Source: Nanobdellota archaeon
GTDB lineage: Archaea > Nanobdellota > Nanobdellia > Pacearchaeales > GW2011-AR1
Direction of reading: 5' to 3'
Length of the DNA: 18,221 nt
NCBI GenBank assembly: GCA_022563455.1
Contig: JADFNI010000020.1
Coordinates: 1-18,221 of the forward strand
Part shown: positions 1 through 7,700 of the stretch, in pieces
Position numbering within the stretch: position 1 is the first letter of the stretch
How the letters are laid out: every line of letters begins with the position of its first letter
Made by a program: the position numbers and the translations under genes
The notes under the pieces: generated by a model
The model's input: the letters and a program-made list of their open reading frames with translations, nothing else
What the model was told of the DNA's origin: nothing
Database searches by the model: none

Positions 1-2
1 TA

Positions 3-22
3 ATCCCGACAAAAGTCGGGAT
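3..22. other. Perfect 8-bp inverted repeat / stem-loop (ATCCCGAC-AAAA-GTCGGGAT), function unknown
   Basis: Read directly: 3-10 pairs with 15-22 around a 4-nt loop. It is GC-rich against an AT-rich background. It lies ~58 nt beyond the stop (80-82) of the minus-strand gene. No T-run follows it on either strand inside the window, and its context is cut by the window edge. Confidence 0.5.
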
Positions 23-79
23 CGGAGGACAGGTTCTATTAAAATAATTTATTATGCTTTTACTTTATCTCGTATCTAT

Positions 80-931
80 TCAACCATGCTCTCCTTTACT
101 TTCTGCATTTGAAAAAACATTAAATTTAACAAGTTTATATGTAGTCCTGTTAACTTCATAAGTAGAAGAAACACATGAAGAATGAGGACATCCCAAATTA
201 AAATCAGTTATAGTTAAATTAAACCAATATACTCCAACCTCATCTCCAATAGCACTAAGATTCACAATAGCAGTAGTATTACTAGTCTCAGTTAAACTAA
301 AAATAGTACAATTTTGATTATCATCCCTCCCAGTTCCCTCTGCATGAGTACAGTTAACTTGTGTTAGTGTATAATTAATTGGGTAATGAAATTCTTCATC
401 AGTTACATTGATTTCGTATTCAGAATAAGAATCCCGAGTCCAATTATAAACAGTTTGACTAGAAGAAAAAACTGGAAAATCATTAGTTGCATTAACCTGG
501 AATTCAAAAACAGTGCCCGCAAATTCTTCATCAGTTGTATTTGTTGCTTGAATTGGTATAGTAAAAAATCCAGTTTGATTATCATAAGTAGCATTAATAG
601 TCAAATTCCCGGTATTAATATCATAAATTTTTATCCAAGGGGAAATTTCAGCCTCAGTAACATTAAAAGTTCCGCTAGCGTTTGTCCAGGTTATATTTGT
701 ACCAATAGTATTAATAGCAAAAGTAATGTCCCCCCCATATCCCGTAATGTTTGCACTCAAGTTATGATAATAAACATCCTCTTCGTCAGTCGTATAGTTT
801 ACCGTAGAACTAGACCCCCACGAGGGTCCAGCCAAAACAAAAACAGAAAAACCGATCAAAAGACCAAAAGCTATTAACAAAAAATTCAGAGAAACCCCCC
901 TATTTTTTCTTCTTTTTATCAAGGGATTCAT
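80..931 (-). CDS. Secreted/N-terminally anchored, heavily sequon-decorated surface protein with cadherin/Ig-like modules (283 aa)
   Basis: ORF track gives 80..937. I prefer the second ATG (929-931) because GGAGGTG lies 7 nt upstream of it but only 1 nt from the first ATG. A basic stretch plus hydrophobic helix (LNFLLIAFGLLIGFSVFVLAG) forms a signal peptide or anchor. I count 20 N-X-S/T sequons. Segments such as NDFPVF...INVTDEE resemble cadherin-like/Ig-like modules. The start overlaps the TAG stop (900-902) of the upstream AbrB-like gene. Confidence 0.8.
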   Translation of the reverse strand: MNPLIKRRKNRGVSLNFLLIAFGLLIGFSVFVLAGPSWGSSSTVNYTTDEEDVYYHNLSANITGYGGDITFAINTIGTNITWTNASGTFNVTEAEISPWIKIYDINTGNLTINATYDNQTGFFTIPIQATNTTDEEFAGTVFEFQVNATNDFPVFSSSQTVYNWTRDSYSEYEINVTDEEFHYPINYTLTQVNCTHAEGTGRDDNQNCTIFSLTETSNTTAIVNLSAIGDEVGVYWFNLTITDFNLGCPHSSCVSSTYEVNRTTYKLVKFNVFSNAESKGEHG

Positions 932-1094
932 CCTCATCCACCTCCATCTCCACGATCATACTCTTTTTTTCCGCATCAAATCTAATCTTTATCTTCTGTT
1001 TTTCTTTCAAATCCAATGTATCAATTATTGCTTTAGGAATCTTAATTCGGTGTCCAGTCTGTATATGATTATCCTTAAAAATTATCTCAACCAT
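900..1094 (-). CDS. AbrB/SpoVT (MazE-like swapped-hairpin) fold DNA-binding protein, 64 aa
   Basis: HRIKIPKAIIDTLDLKEKQKIKIRFDAEKKSMIVEME matches the SpoVT-AbrB pattern (g-x-v-x-IPK-x-i-x-x-L-x-L-k-x-G-d-k-v-x-i ... i-v-l). It is small and has no signal peptide. It ends in an acidic then poly-Lys tail (DEDESLDKKKKK). Its 3' end overlaps the next gene. Confidence 0.65.
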   Translation of the reverse strand: MVEIIFKDNHIQTGHRIKIPKAIIDTLDLKEKQKIKIRFDAEKKSMIVEMEVDEDESLDKKKKK

Positions 1095-1163
1095 GTACTT
1101 TTTATACCCCTTTTATATCATATCAATATCCTTATTATAACCTTTAAAAAGTATTTAAATGTT

Positions 1164-1294
1164 GCCCCCTTCTTCAACCTTTCGGGGGTATGCATAACTG
1201 CGCCCCCTTCTTCAACCATTCTGGGGTACCTCATAAGAGGTTCTTGTGCCAGGAGGTATGCATAACTGAGGCCCCCCAAGATATATGCATAACT
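1164..1294. repeat. GC-rich repeat/hairpin island: tandem ~38-nt unit (GCCCCCTTCTTCAACC at 1164-1179 and 1202-1217) plus three copies of TATGCATAACT (1189-1199, 1257-1267, 1284-1294)
   Basis: Direct reading. The core TATGCATA is an 8-bp palindrome. C5/G5 runs flank the copies and could form GGGGG/CCCCC stems. The island is clearly more GC-rich than its surroundings. It lies between the stop of the 676-aa gene (1325) and the start of the AbrB-like gene (1094). The ORFs the track reports here (1050..1265, 1118..1303, 1190..1378) translate the repeat itself. Confidence 0.7.
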
Positions 1295-1324
1295 ATGGCC
1301 CAATATTTACCTCAAAAAACTTTT

Positions 1325-3355
1325 TTATTTATGCCTTTTCCTATAAAGGAGAAATCTATGTCGAAGAATCTTAAATAATTTAAAAATAATAAATAGCAAA
1401 ATAATCACTGCTACAATAAACAAAAAGACTATGGTATAACTAGTAGCTCCATAAGGACTTTCCTTTTCACATACAAAAGGACATGGACCGCCGCAATCTA
1501 TATTTCCTTCCCCTTGATTTTGAATATTATCTGTACAAGTAGCACATGGGCCGCATGTACCCCCACAATCTACCAATAATTCGCAAGACCCATCATGACA
1601 ATTTGTTATCCCATCAAAACAGCTAGGTTCTTCAGTATAATGGCAAATTCTTGTCTCAATTGGTTTTGGAACTTTGAAAATTGTATTATTACATTCTGCT
1701 AAATCAAAACAAGTAGTTATCTGAAAACCACACTCTCGTCGTCCAAGTTCCTTTTGCGAACAAATTTCATTGGAATCAGAATAAGTTTGTGCAGAAATTA
1801 TTCTTGCGTCAAAAGACCGCTCCACATTTTGACATACATCAAAATCATTACATACCCATTGCTCATTACAAAGTCCTGAAAAAGCACCTCCTCCACCGCC
1901 ACCACCGCCACTAGAACTAGAAATAGGACAAGCAACAAGTAAAACATCAATCTCCCAACTTTGACTATCATTTTCAAACTTAGGATCATCAGTTGTAATA
2001 ACAGTAACATCCTTAGTCCCAGAAACTCCACATCCAAAAGAATAAGAAAATGTGTCCGTTGATTCATTTTCAACAGCCCTTTTCAAAACACCCTCCACAT
2101 ACCAATTTATATCTGGATAAGCATTAACCATATCCGGATCAGTTACATTAACAGTAAAAGTAGTAGATGTAGTCCCCTCAACGCTAAAATTAGTGTTCAA
2201 AGGAGTATACCCTGTAATTTCTGGAGGGCGGTTATCATTAGTTATAACAAAATTAAATGAGTCACAATGAGTATTAATTGATGCATCTCCAAACTCAGAA
2301 CAAAGACTAATATTTTGATGAGGACTAGAAAGTGCAGAATCGCTAACACAAACTGTAGGAAAATAAGTTCCAAGAGATTCCCCAGAAGGCGTGAAATTCA
2401 TAACCCCAGTACTACTATTTATTGTAAATAATTGTGTACCATTCCAAGAAATATTAAAAGTCATATTTCCATCCATTGCATTTCCATCTTCATTATCAGT
2501 AACTGCCCAAGCATAATTAAATGAAGAATTTTCCCCAACACCGTAAACCGTCCGAGTTCCAATAGAAGGAGCAACAGGTTCATCATTTAATTCAATAACA
2601 GTAATATTCGTAGTGGCCGTATCAACACAACAAGTGGCATTATATTGATCATTCACAGAAATATCTGTCACATAAGAACCAATCTTATCAGAATTAAGAT
2701 CACTAGTTCTAAGAATATATAATTTAACTGTATCATTATGTGTTTGAGAAACTACAGAAATAGGAAGATCACCAGAGATTAACAATTTCAATTCTCTTCC
2801 AGGACTAACAAACTCATCTAGATCTGTTGCATTAAATGGATAAGTAAGCTGTTGACCTTCACAAACATAAATTTGATCATCAATCACACTTAAAATAGGA
2901 GCAGTATTAGGAACATTAACATAAAAGAAAACAGACTGACTATGCCAAAGCCCTCCAAACTCATGAGCATTAACAGTCAAATTATTATTCCATCTAACTG
3001 CAAAAAAAGAAGAATTGGGTGTAAAAATAACATCCGTTACACTGACCTTATCATGTCTGACATCATAAAGTGAATAAGTCCAATTATCCACTAAAAAATC
3101 AGCAGACACATTTAATACAAACGAATAATTGTCTCCTATGCTAAAATTATAAGTAGCATTCAAAGGATAATGAATTGTAACAATCTTGGGATTTCCCTCA
3201 ACAAATAAATCAATAATTCCACTATCCACTACATTTCCAGTAATAGTCACCGGCAAAAGTGGTAAATCAAAATAATAAATTGAAACAAAATTCATCAATA
3301 AAAAAGCGACGAATAAAGACCCTACTAAAGCAAAAGCATCTTCCCCTTTTCTCAT
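1325..3355 (-). CDS. Type-I anchored surface protein: signal/anchor, Ig-/cadherin-like (He_PIG-type) modules, Gly8 linker, Cys-rich DCGG module, C-terminal TM + K/R tail (676 aa)
   Basis: ORF track gives 1325..3376 from a TTG. I prefer the ATG at 3353-3355 (MRKGEDAFALVGSLFVAFLLMNF...). Segments such as LFTINSSTGVMNFTPSGESLGTYFPTVCVSD are typical of cadherin-like/putative Ig domains. GGGGGGGG is encoded at 1886-1909. There are 18 Cys in the ~140 aa that follow, including two C-x-D-[GN]-I-x-N...DCGG-x-C motifs. The C-terminus is YTIVFLFIVAVIILLFIIFKLF followed by KILRHRFLLYRKRHK. Confidence 0.85.
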   Translation of the reverse strand: MRKGEDAFALVGSLFVAFLLMNFVSIYYFDLPLLPVTITGNVVDSGIIDLFVEGNPKIVTIHYPLNATYNFSIGDNYSFVLNVSADFLVDNWTYSLYDVRHDKVSVTDVIFTPNSSFFAVRWNNNLTVNAHEFGGLWHSQSVFFYVNVPNTAPILSVIDDQIYVCEGQQLTYPFNATDLDEFVSPGRELKLLISGDLPISVVSQTHNDTVKLYILRTSDLNSDKIGSYVTDISVNDQYNATCCVDTATTNITVIELNDEPVAPSIGTRTVYGVGENSSFNYAWAVTDNEDGNAMDGNMTFNISWNGTQLFTINSSTGVMNFTPSGESLGTYFPTVCVSDSALSSPHQNISLCSEFGDASINTHCDSFNFVITNDNRPPEITGYTPLNTNFSVEGTTSTTFTVNVTDPDMVNAYPDINWYVEGVLKRAVENESTDTFSYSFGCGVSGTKDVTVITTDDPKFENDSQSWEIDVLLVACPISSSSGGGGGGGGAFSGLCNEQWVCNDFDVCQNVERSFDARIISAQTYSDSNEICSQKELGRRECGFQITTCFDLAECNNTIFKVPKPIETRICHYTEEPSCFDGITNCHDGSCELLVDCGGTCGPCATCTDNIQNQGEGNIDCGGPCPFVCEKESPYGATSYTIVFLFIVAVIILLFIIFKLFKILRHRFLLYRKRHK

Positions 3356-3374
3356 TGACAAAGAAACAATCCCC

Positions 3375-3382
3375 AATATAAA
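3375..3382 (-). promoter_or_regulatory. TATA-like box (TTTATATT) 20-27 nt upstream of the ATG at 3355
   Basis: Read on the minus strand in the 35-nt spacer after the stop of the 371-aa gene. No SD-like purine run lies at a suitable distance. The geometry is similar to four other gene starts in the window. The AT-rich background makes chance matches likely. Confidence 0.3.
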
Positions 3383-3390
3383 AACGTTAC

Positions 3391-4506
3391 TTATCTTCGA
3401 AGTCGCTTATATCTTTTAATAAAAAGAATAATTCTAAAAATTATTCCTAAAATAACAACTAAAATAAGAAAAGTAAGAAAATAAGAAAAGTAATCTATAC
3501 CATGATGTATTTCTAAATTAACATTCTCTGTTGTAACTAAATCCCTATAATGAATAATAATTTCTGCAAAAACCTCATCTTCTTTAATTCCATTTGTATC
3601 AAAAAAACCTTTAAGAGTCACAGTCTTCCAAGCACCAAGAGAAGCAGTTGACGTTATAAAAGAAGCTTCTGGGTAATTAGCAATATTAACTTCAGCATAT
3701 ACACTTTCAATAACATTATTCCAAATTGAAACAATTTCCACATTAAATTCGGAAATTTTACCCCCTTCAAAACTTCTACTATAATTATTTATCAAAACTT
3801 TAAGTTCTCCAAGTTTAAATAAAGTATCTGCCCGAGAAACTAATCCTTCCCCATATTCAGAAAGTCCAGTGGCAACATATTCTCCACCGATATATCCAGA
3901 GGTATCAAGCACTCCAGAATAATCTTTAGTCTCATAAGGAGAAATTTGCTCATTTCTAAAAACTATTTTATCTACCTTTTTCAAATCTTTAAAAATCTGA
4001 ACTTGAGACTTCAAAATAACAGACTCATTCCCCCGATTAATCGCCCTAAGTGTAATTCTAACCTCTTCTCCAACATTAGCATTAGAAGCAGTAACTTCTA
4101 AATCAATATATTTTCCAGAATAAGGAACTTCAACTTTAATAATTCCCCAAACGTCCCAAGCAATTCCAACACCCCCCTCAATATTATCAGAAATTTTCTT
4201 AGCACCAATTCTAATTCTACTAAGCCCAGGAGTTTCCAATGCCTCTGCACCTACCTCAAGTTTTGCAACAACACTCCCACTTCCAAAAAGAACCTTTTTA
4301 TCAAGAGTAATATATTCAGACAGTGGTCCATCAACATAAAGTTCAGATTCACTTCCCTCGTCAAATGTAAAATCAAAAATATATTCCTCATCAAGACCAT
4401 CCACAAAATCTACTTCATAACTTCCAGGACTAACGCCAGAGAGTGCACTAACACTCCCCACAAGAATTACCACTAAAAATAAAAATATAACAAATCCCCT
4501 TTTCAT
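3391..4506 (-). CDS. Membrane-anchored surface protein with N-terminal Ig-like domain and two CARDB-like beta-sandwich repeats; paralogue of the 13638..14852 gene (371 aa)
   Basis: Signal peptide MKRGFVIFLFLVVILVGSVSALSG. The C-terminal TM is YFLTFLILVVILGIIFRIILFI followed by KRYKRLRR. It aligns by eye with the 404-aa protein: VSALSGVSPGSYEVDF vs VSALGVTPARTTIDF, LSEYITL vs LAEYIQI, and VPYSGKYIDL vs VPFPGKYANADL. Segments like VGEEVRITLRAINRGNESV...GEYVA fit the CARDB pattern. Confidence 0.8.
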   Translation of the reverse strand: MKRGFVIFLFLVVILVGSVSALSGVSPGSYEVDFVDGLDEEYIFDFTFDEGSESELYVDGPLSEYITLDKKVLFGSGSVVAKLEVGAEALETPGLSRIRIGAKKISDNIEGGVGIAWDVWGIIKVEVPYSGKYIDLEVTASNANVGEEVRITLRAINRGNESVILKSQVQIFKDLKKVDKIVFRNEQISPYETKDYSGVLDTSGYIGGEYVATGLSEYGEGLVSRADTLFKLGELKVLINNYSRSFEGGKISEFNVEIVSIWNNVIESVYAEVNIANYPEASFITSTASLGAWKTVTLKGFFDTNGIKEDEVFAEIIIHYRDLVTTENVNLEIHHGIDYFSYFLTFLILVVILGIIFRIILFIKRYKRLRR

Positions 4507-4527
4507 AATATTGTTAAGAAAAATTAG

Positions 4528-4535
4528 TTTTTATA
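4528..4535 (-). promoter_or_regulatory. TATA box-like TATAAAAA 22-29 nt upstream of the ATG at 4506 (leaderless-type geometry)
   Basis: Minus strand reads CCTATAAAAACTAATTTTTCTTAACAATATTATG. There is no SD. The octamer and spacing are identical to those upstream of the 1741-aa gene. Confidence 0.4.
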
Positions 4536-4566
4536 GGTTGTTTTCTTTGTTTAAAAAGTAATTATT

Positions 4567-4716
4567 TCACTTCAACAATTTTTTAAAGTTTTTATCTAAA
4601 TTTTCTTTCAATATATTTTCCAATTCCTTATTCACCTTCACACCTTTTAATTTACAATAAGCTACAAACTTTCTCCATAATTCTTCATCAAGATCTTTAA
4701 TTAATTTATGTCCCAT
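4567..4716 (-). CDS. Unlisted 49-aa ORF, putative ribbon-helix-helix (Arc/CopG-like) DNA-binding protein
   Basis: My own translation of the minus strand gives MGHKLIKDLDEELWRKFVAYCKLKGVKVNKELENILKENLDKNFKKLLK followed by a TGA stop (4567-4569). The ATG at 4714-4716 lies inside the last codons of the 1741-aa gene (16-nt overlap). It shows the RHH pattern: a short N-terminal beta-strand (KLIKDL), then helix DEELWRKFVAYCKLKG, a turn, and helix NKELENILKENL. It is below the length cutoff of the ORF track. Confidence 0.55.
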   Translation of the reverse strand: MGHKLIKDLDEELWRKFVAYCKLKGVKVNKELENILKENLDKNFKKLLK

Positions 4717-7700
4717 TTCTTCCAGACCTTAAATTTAATTCCAACAAAAACAAAGATAATAATTAAAGCAACAATGATCCAAATAATCCCTAACGTCCAT
4801 TTCTTCTTTTCTCCCTCAATTATCTCCTCTTCATCCAATCCACCAATCCCACCACCCGTAACATTCCCACTTGTTTCAACATTTCCCTTACCCTCAGGAA
4901 TCTCTTCATGAATACTCTTAATTGTTAGATTGGCCTTTTCATTTTCAATTGAATTCAACAAAACATAAATATCATAAAAGCTGTCATTCAAAACATCTAA
5001 TTTTGCATCCTCACCAACACTCAATATTATTTGAATAGGATCACTTGTGATATTTATTGTCGCTGTTGTATCAGTCAAATCGATAATACCTACATAATGA
5101 ATTTCATCACTAACAGAAATCTTGATCCTTTGCTTTTTACTTAATTCTTTAACATATCCTTGTTCTTGTTTGAATTCCTCATCACTAACAACAAAAGTAT
5201 TACTCCAAAAACTAGGTGTTCCAGAAGGACTTCCATCGCCACTGTCTCCAGAAGGAGCAGTTACAGGAGCAGTTACAGTAAAACTTCTAGAACTTGAATT
5301 TCCTAAATTAAGCAAAGCATCTGTACAATTAACATTCCAAGTATAAGTTGCGGGAGTAAATGTTTGTGTAAAGTTTTGGTTTACATCCTTAGTTATTGAA
5401 GAATTTGTTAAACTTATACTTCCATCAATAATTAAACTACAATTAGTTATATCAGAAACATCTGTAACATTATAAGAAAAAATAATTTCCTGTGAATTTG
5501 ATGTATAGCTTTGGCTGTTTGCAGGACTTATCAGAGTTACATTCGGAGAATCAAAATCAGAAGTAATGTTGATAAAAAATACTGTGGAGTTCAAATTTCC
5601 TAGAGTATCATTTACAGAAATATTTAGCCAGTAAATAGTCATTGTGGATAAGTTTGTTATGTTAGTTATCAATCCTGTTTGTGAAACATTAAACACACTC
5701 GTATCATTTAATGAATATGTATCTATTTCGACTGCTGAATCTGTTGCAGTAAAGTTTTGTGAAAAGGAATCATTAATATTAACTGTAAAATTTCTTGGAT
5801 TGTCAAATACAGGAGAAGTAGTATCAATAGTGAATAAAGTTAAGTTTTGCCCTTCATTTCCAGCTGAATCATTTGCCCAAATAGTTACGTTATGCAATCC
5901 TTCACTCCAGGTTAAAGTTGTGATGTTTATCCCGCACGAGATTGAAGTATTGACAGAATAAGTATCATTAGAATACCAACAAGAATCTAAGAAAGTATCT
6001 GTTGCAGTATAATTTATATCTAATCCAGTATCAGTTGTGTTTGTATGGTTCAATGTTAACATGTTCACCACAGGAATTGTAATATCAATCGTAAAATCAA
6101 TACTTGAAGAATTTTCATTCCCTACTGAATCATTTGCCCACACAGTTATATTATGAAAGCCCTCACTCCAGGTTAAAGTTGTTATATTTGTTCCACAAGT
6201 AATTGTAGTATTAACAGAATAAGTATCGTTTGAATACCAGCAAGAATCTAATCCTACCAAGGAATCTGAAACAGTATAATTTATATCCAATCCAGTATCC
6301 GAAGAGTTAGCATTATTAACAGGACTTACAATCGAAACATTAGGAGGAGTAGTGTCAATTGTGAATGTCCTTATGCTGGAATTTTGGACGTTTGTTTCAT
6401 TGTCTGTTGCTTCTATTCTCCAAATATATGTTCCATCGCCAAAACCAGTAAGGTCTTTTGTGAATATATATTCAGAATTATTTAACCCGCTTGTATTCGT
6501 TTCATTTATCACAAAACTTCCAGTCCAATCTCCCCATAAACTAACATTAGTCAAATTAGAATTATCTGAAACAGTTGTATTAAATGTAATTGAATAAGAA
6601 CTAAAGTTAGCATTATCGACGGGAGAATTCAAAGTTACATTTGGTCTCTCAAGGTCAGCAGAAGTCGTGAAGCTCTGAACAGTAGAAAAATTCCCCGCCT
6701 TCAGCCCAGTGTCAATCGTCTGAACACTCCAATAATATGTCGTTGAAGGCTCAAGCCTATCTACTTTTAAAGTGAAGTTCTTCCGTTGCATCATGTTTCC
6801 AAAGTAGCCAAATGCAGTTCCACCCCTCGTAGCATCTCCACTTCCCCCATAAATTCCAGAAATAATTGAATGATTATTTGATGCTGTTCCTAACTTCAAA
6901 TTATAATACAAACCATTTACTGAAGTTTCATTATCACTTCCGTTAAGCCACCCTAAAGACATTTCTCTATTGTTGTAAGAACTTGAAAAACTCGTTGGAG
7001 GTGTTGGCGCAACATTGGGTGTTGTAATATTATTTATATAAACTTTTTGGCTTTTTATTGAAACTAAATCCAAATCTCCATCATTGTCTATATCTCCCCA
7101 AAGTACAGAACCTTTTCTTACTCCTGTTAAATTTGCTTCAGCTGTTCCATCTCTTGCAAAAACTGAACCATTATTTTCTCCAATTTCTATTTGGTCATCT
7201 CCAGCATTAATTAAATCTAAATAACCATTATTGTCATAATCCCCCATCATCATGGAACCCCATCCAATATTACTAAGGTCAAAATTCCATGATGATGATT
7301 CATCCACAAATTGATCTACGCTACTTATTTTATTTATGAAATATCTTGGAATTGATGTCCCAGAAACAATTTGATCCAAATCACCATCATTATCAATATC
7401 TCCCCATACAACGTTGGCTTCATCTTTGGGGCCGATAGTCCAATTTGGATAACGCACAAAAGCAGTCCCATTATTTTTATAACTATAGGAAGTACTTGCC
7501 CCATGTACATTTAAATCCAAATCACCATCATTGTCTAGATCTATCAAACCCGTTGAAATTTTGCCTCCACTATCAATCTCATCACTCCAGATTAAATCCC
7601 CTACAAAACTTGTTCCGTTATTAATATAAACAGATGCCTTGGTAGATCCCATATCAGGAAATAATATATCCAAATCTCCATCGCCATCTATATCTCCTAG

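Noticed and set aside
730-736. G7/C7 homopolymer inside the 283-aa gene (and the G6+A6 run at 895-908) as a slipped-strand phase-variation switch
   Set aside because: The tracts are short for reliable slippage, and the frame is intact. I have no population data. This would only merit a look if read-level length heterogeneity is seen.
386-877. Antisense and nested ORFs from the track: 386..877+, 403..594-, 1798..2073-, 4708..4911+, 5122..5346+, 5644..5961+, 6352..6597+, 8248..8436+, 8816..9022+, 12889..13080-, 12993..13394+, 14132..14317-, 16015..16224-, 16409..16594+
   Set aside because: All lie entirely inside much longer ORFs that have a clear domain structure. Their translations are low-complexity (Ile/Leu/Phe/Lys/Ser-rich) with no signal, motif or start-site support. 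These are typical shadow ORFs of AT-rich coding DNA.
1160-1310. Possible tRNA or C/D-box sRNA in the GC-rich island
   Set aside because: On either strand I could not fit a cloverleaf: no 7-bp acceptor stem and no GGTTCRANYC T-arm. I also found no paired C (RUGAUGA) and D (CUGA) boxes at the proper spacing.
1050-1378. Three overlapping small ORFs (1050..1265+, 1118..1303-, 1190..1378+) in the spacer upstream of the AbrB-like gene
   Set aside because: They are translations of the tandem DNA repeats; the peptide repeats mirror the nucleotide repeats. They mutually overlap on both strands and have no SD or TATA context. The region is better described as a non-coding repeat/hairpin island.
900-4716. 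Type II toxin-antitoxin modules built on the AbrB-fold and RHH genes
   Set aside because: No adjacent toxin-like ORF (PIN, MazF, RelE, HicA or similar) exists on either side. The downstream partners are secreted glycoprotein-type genes.
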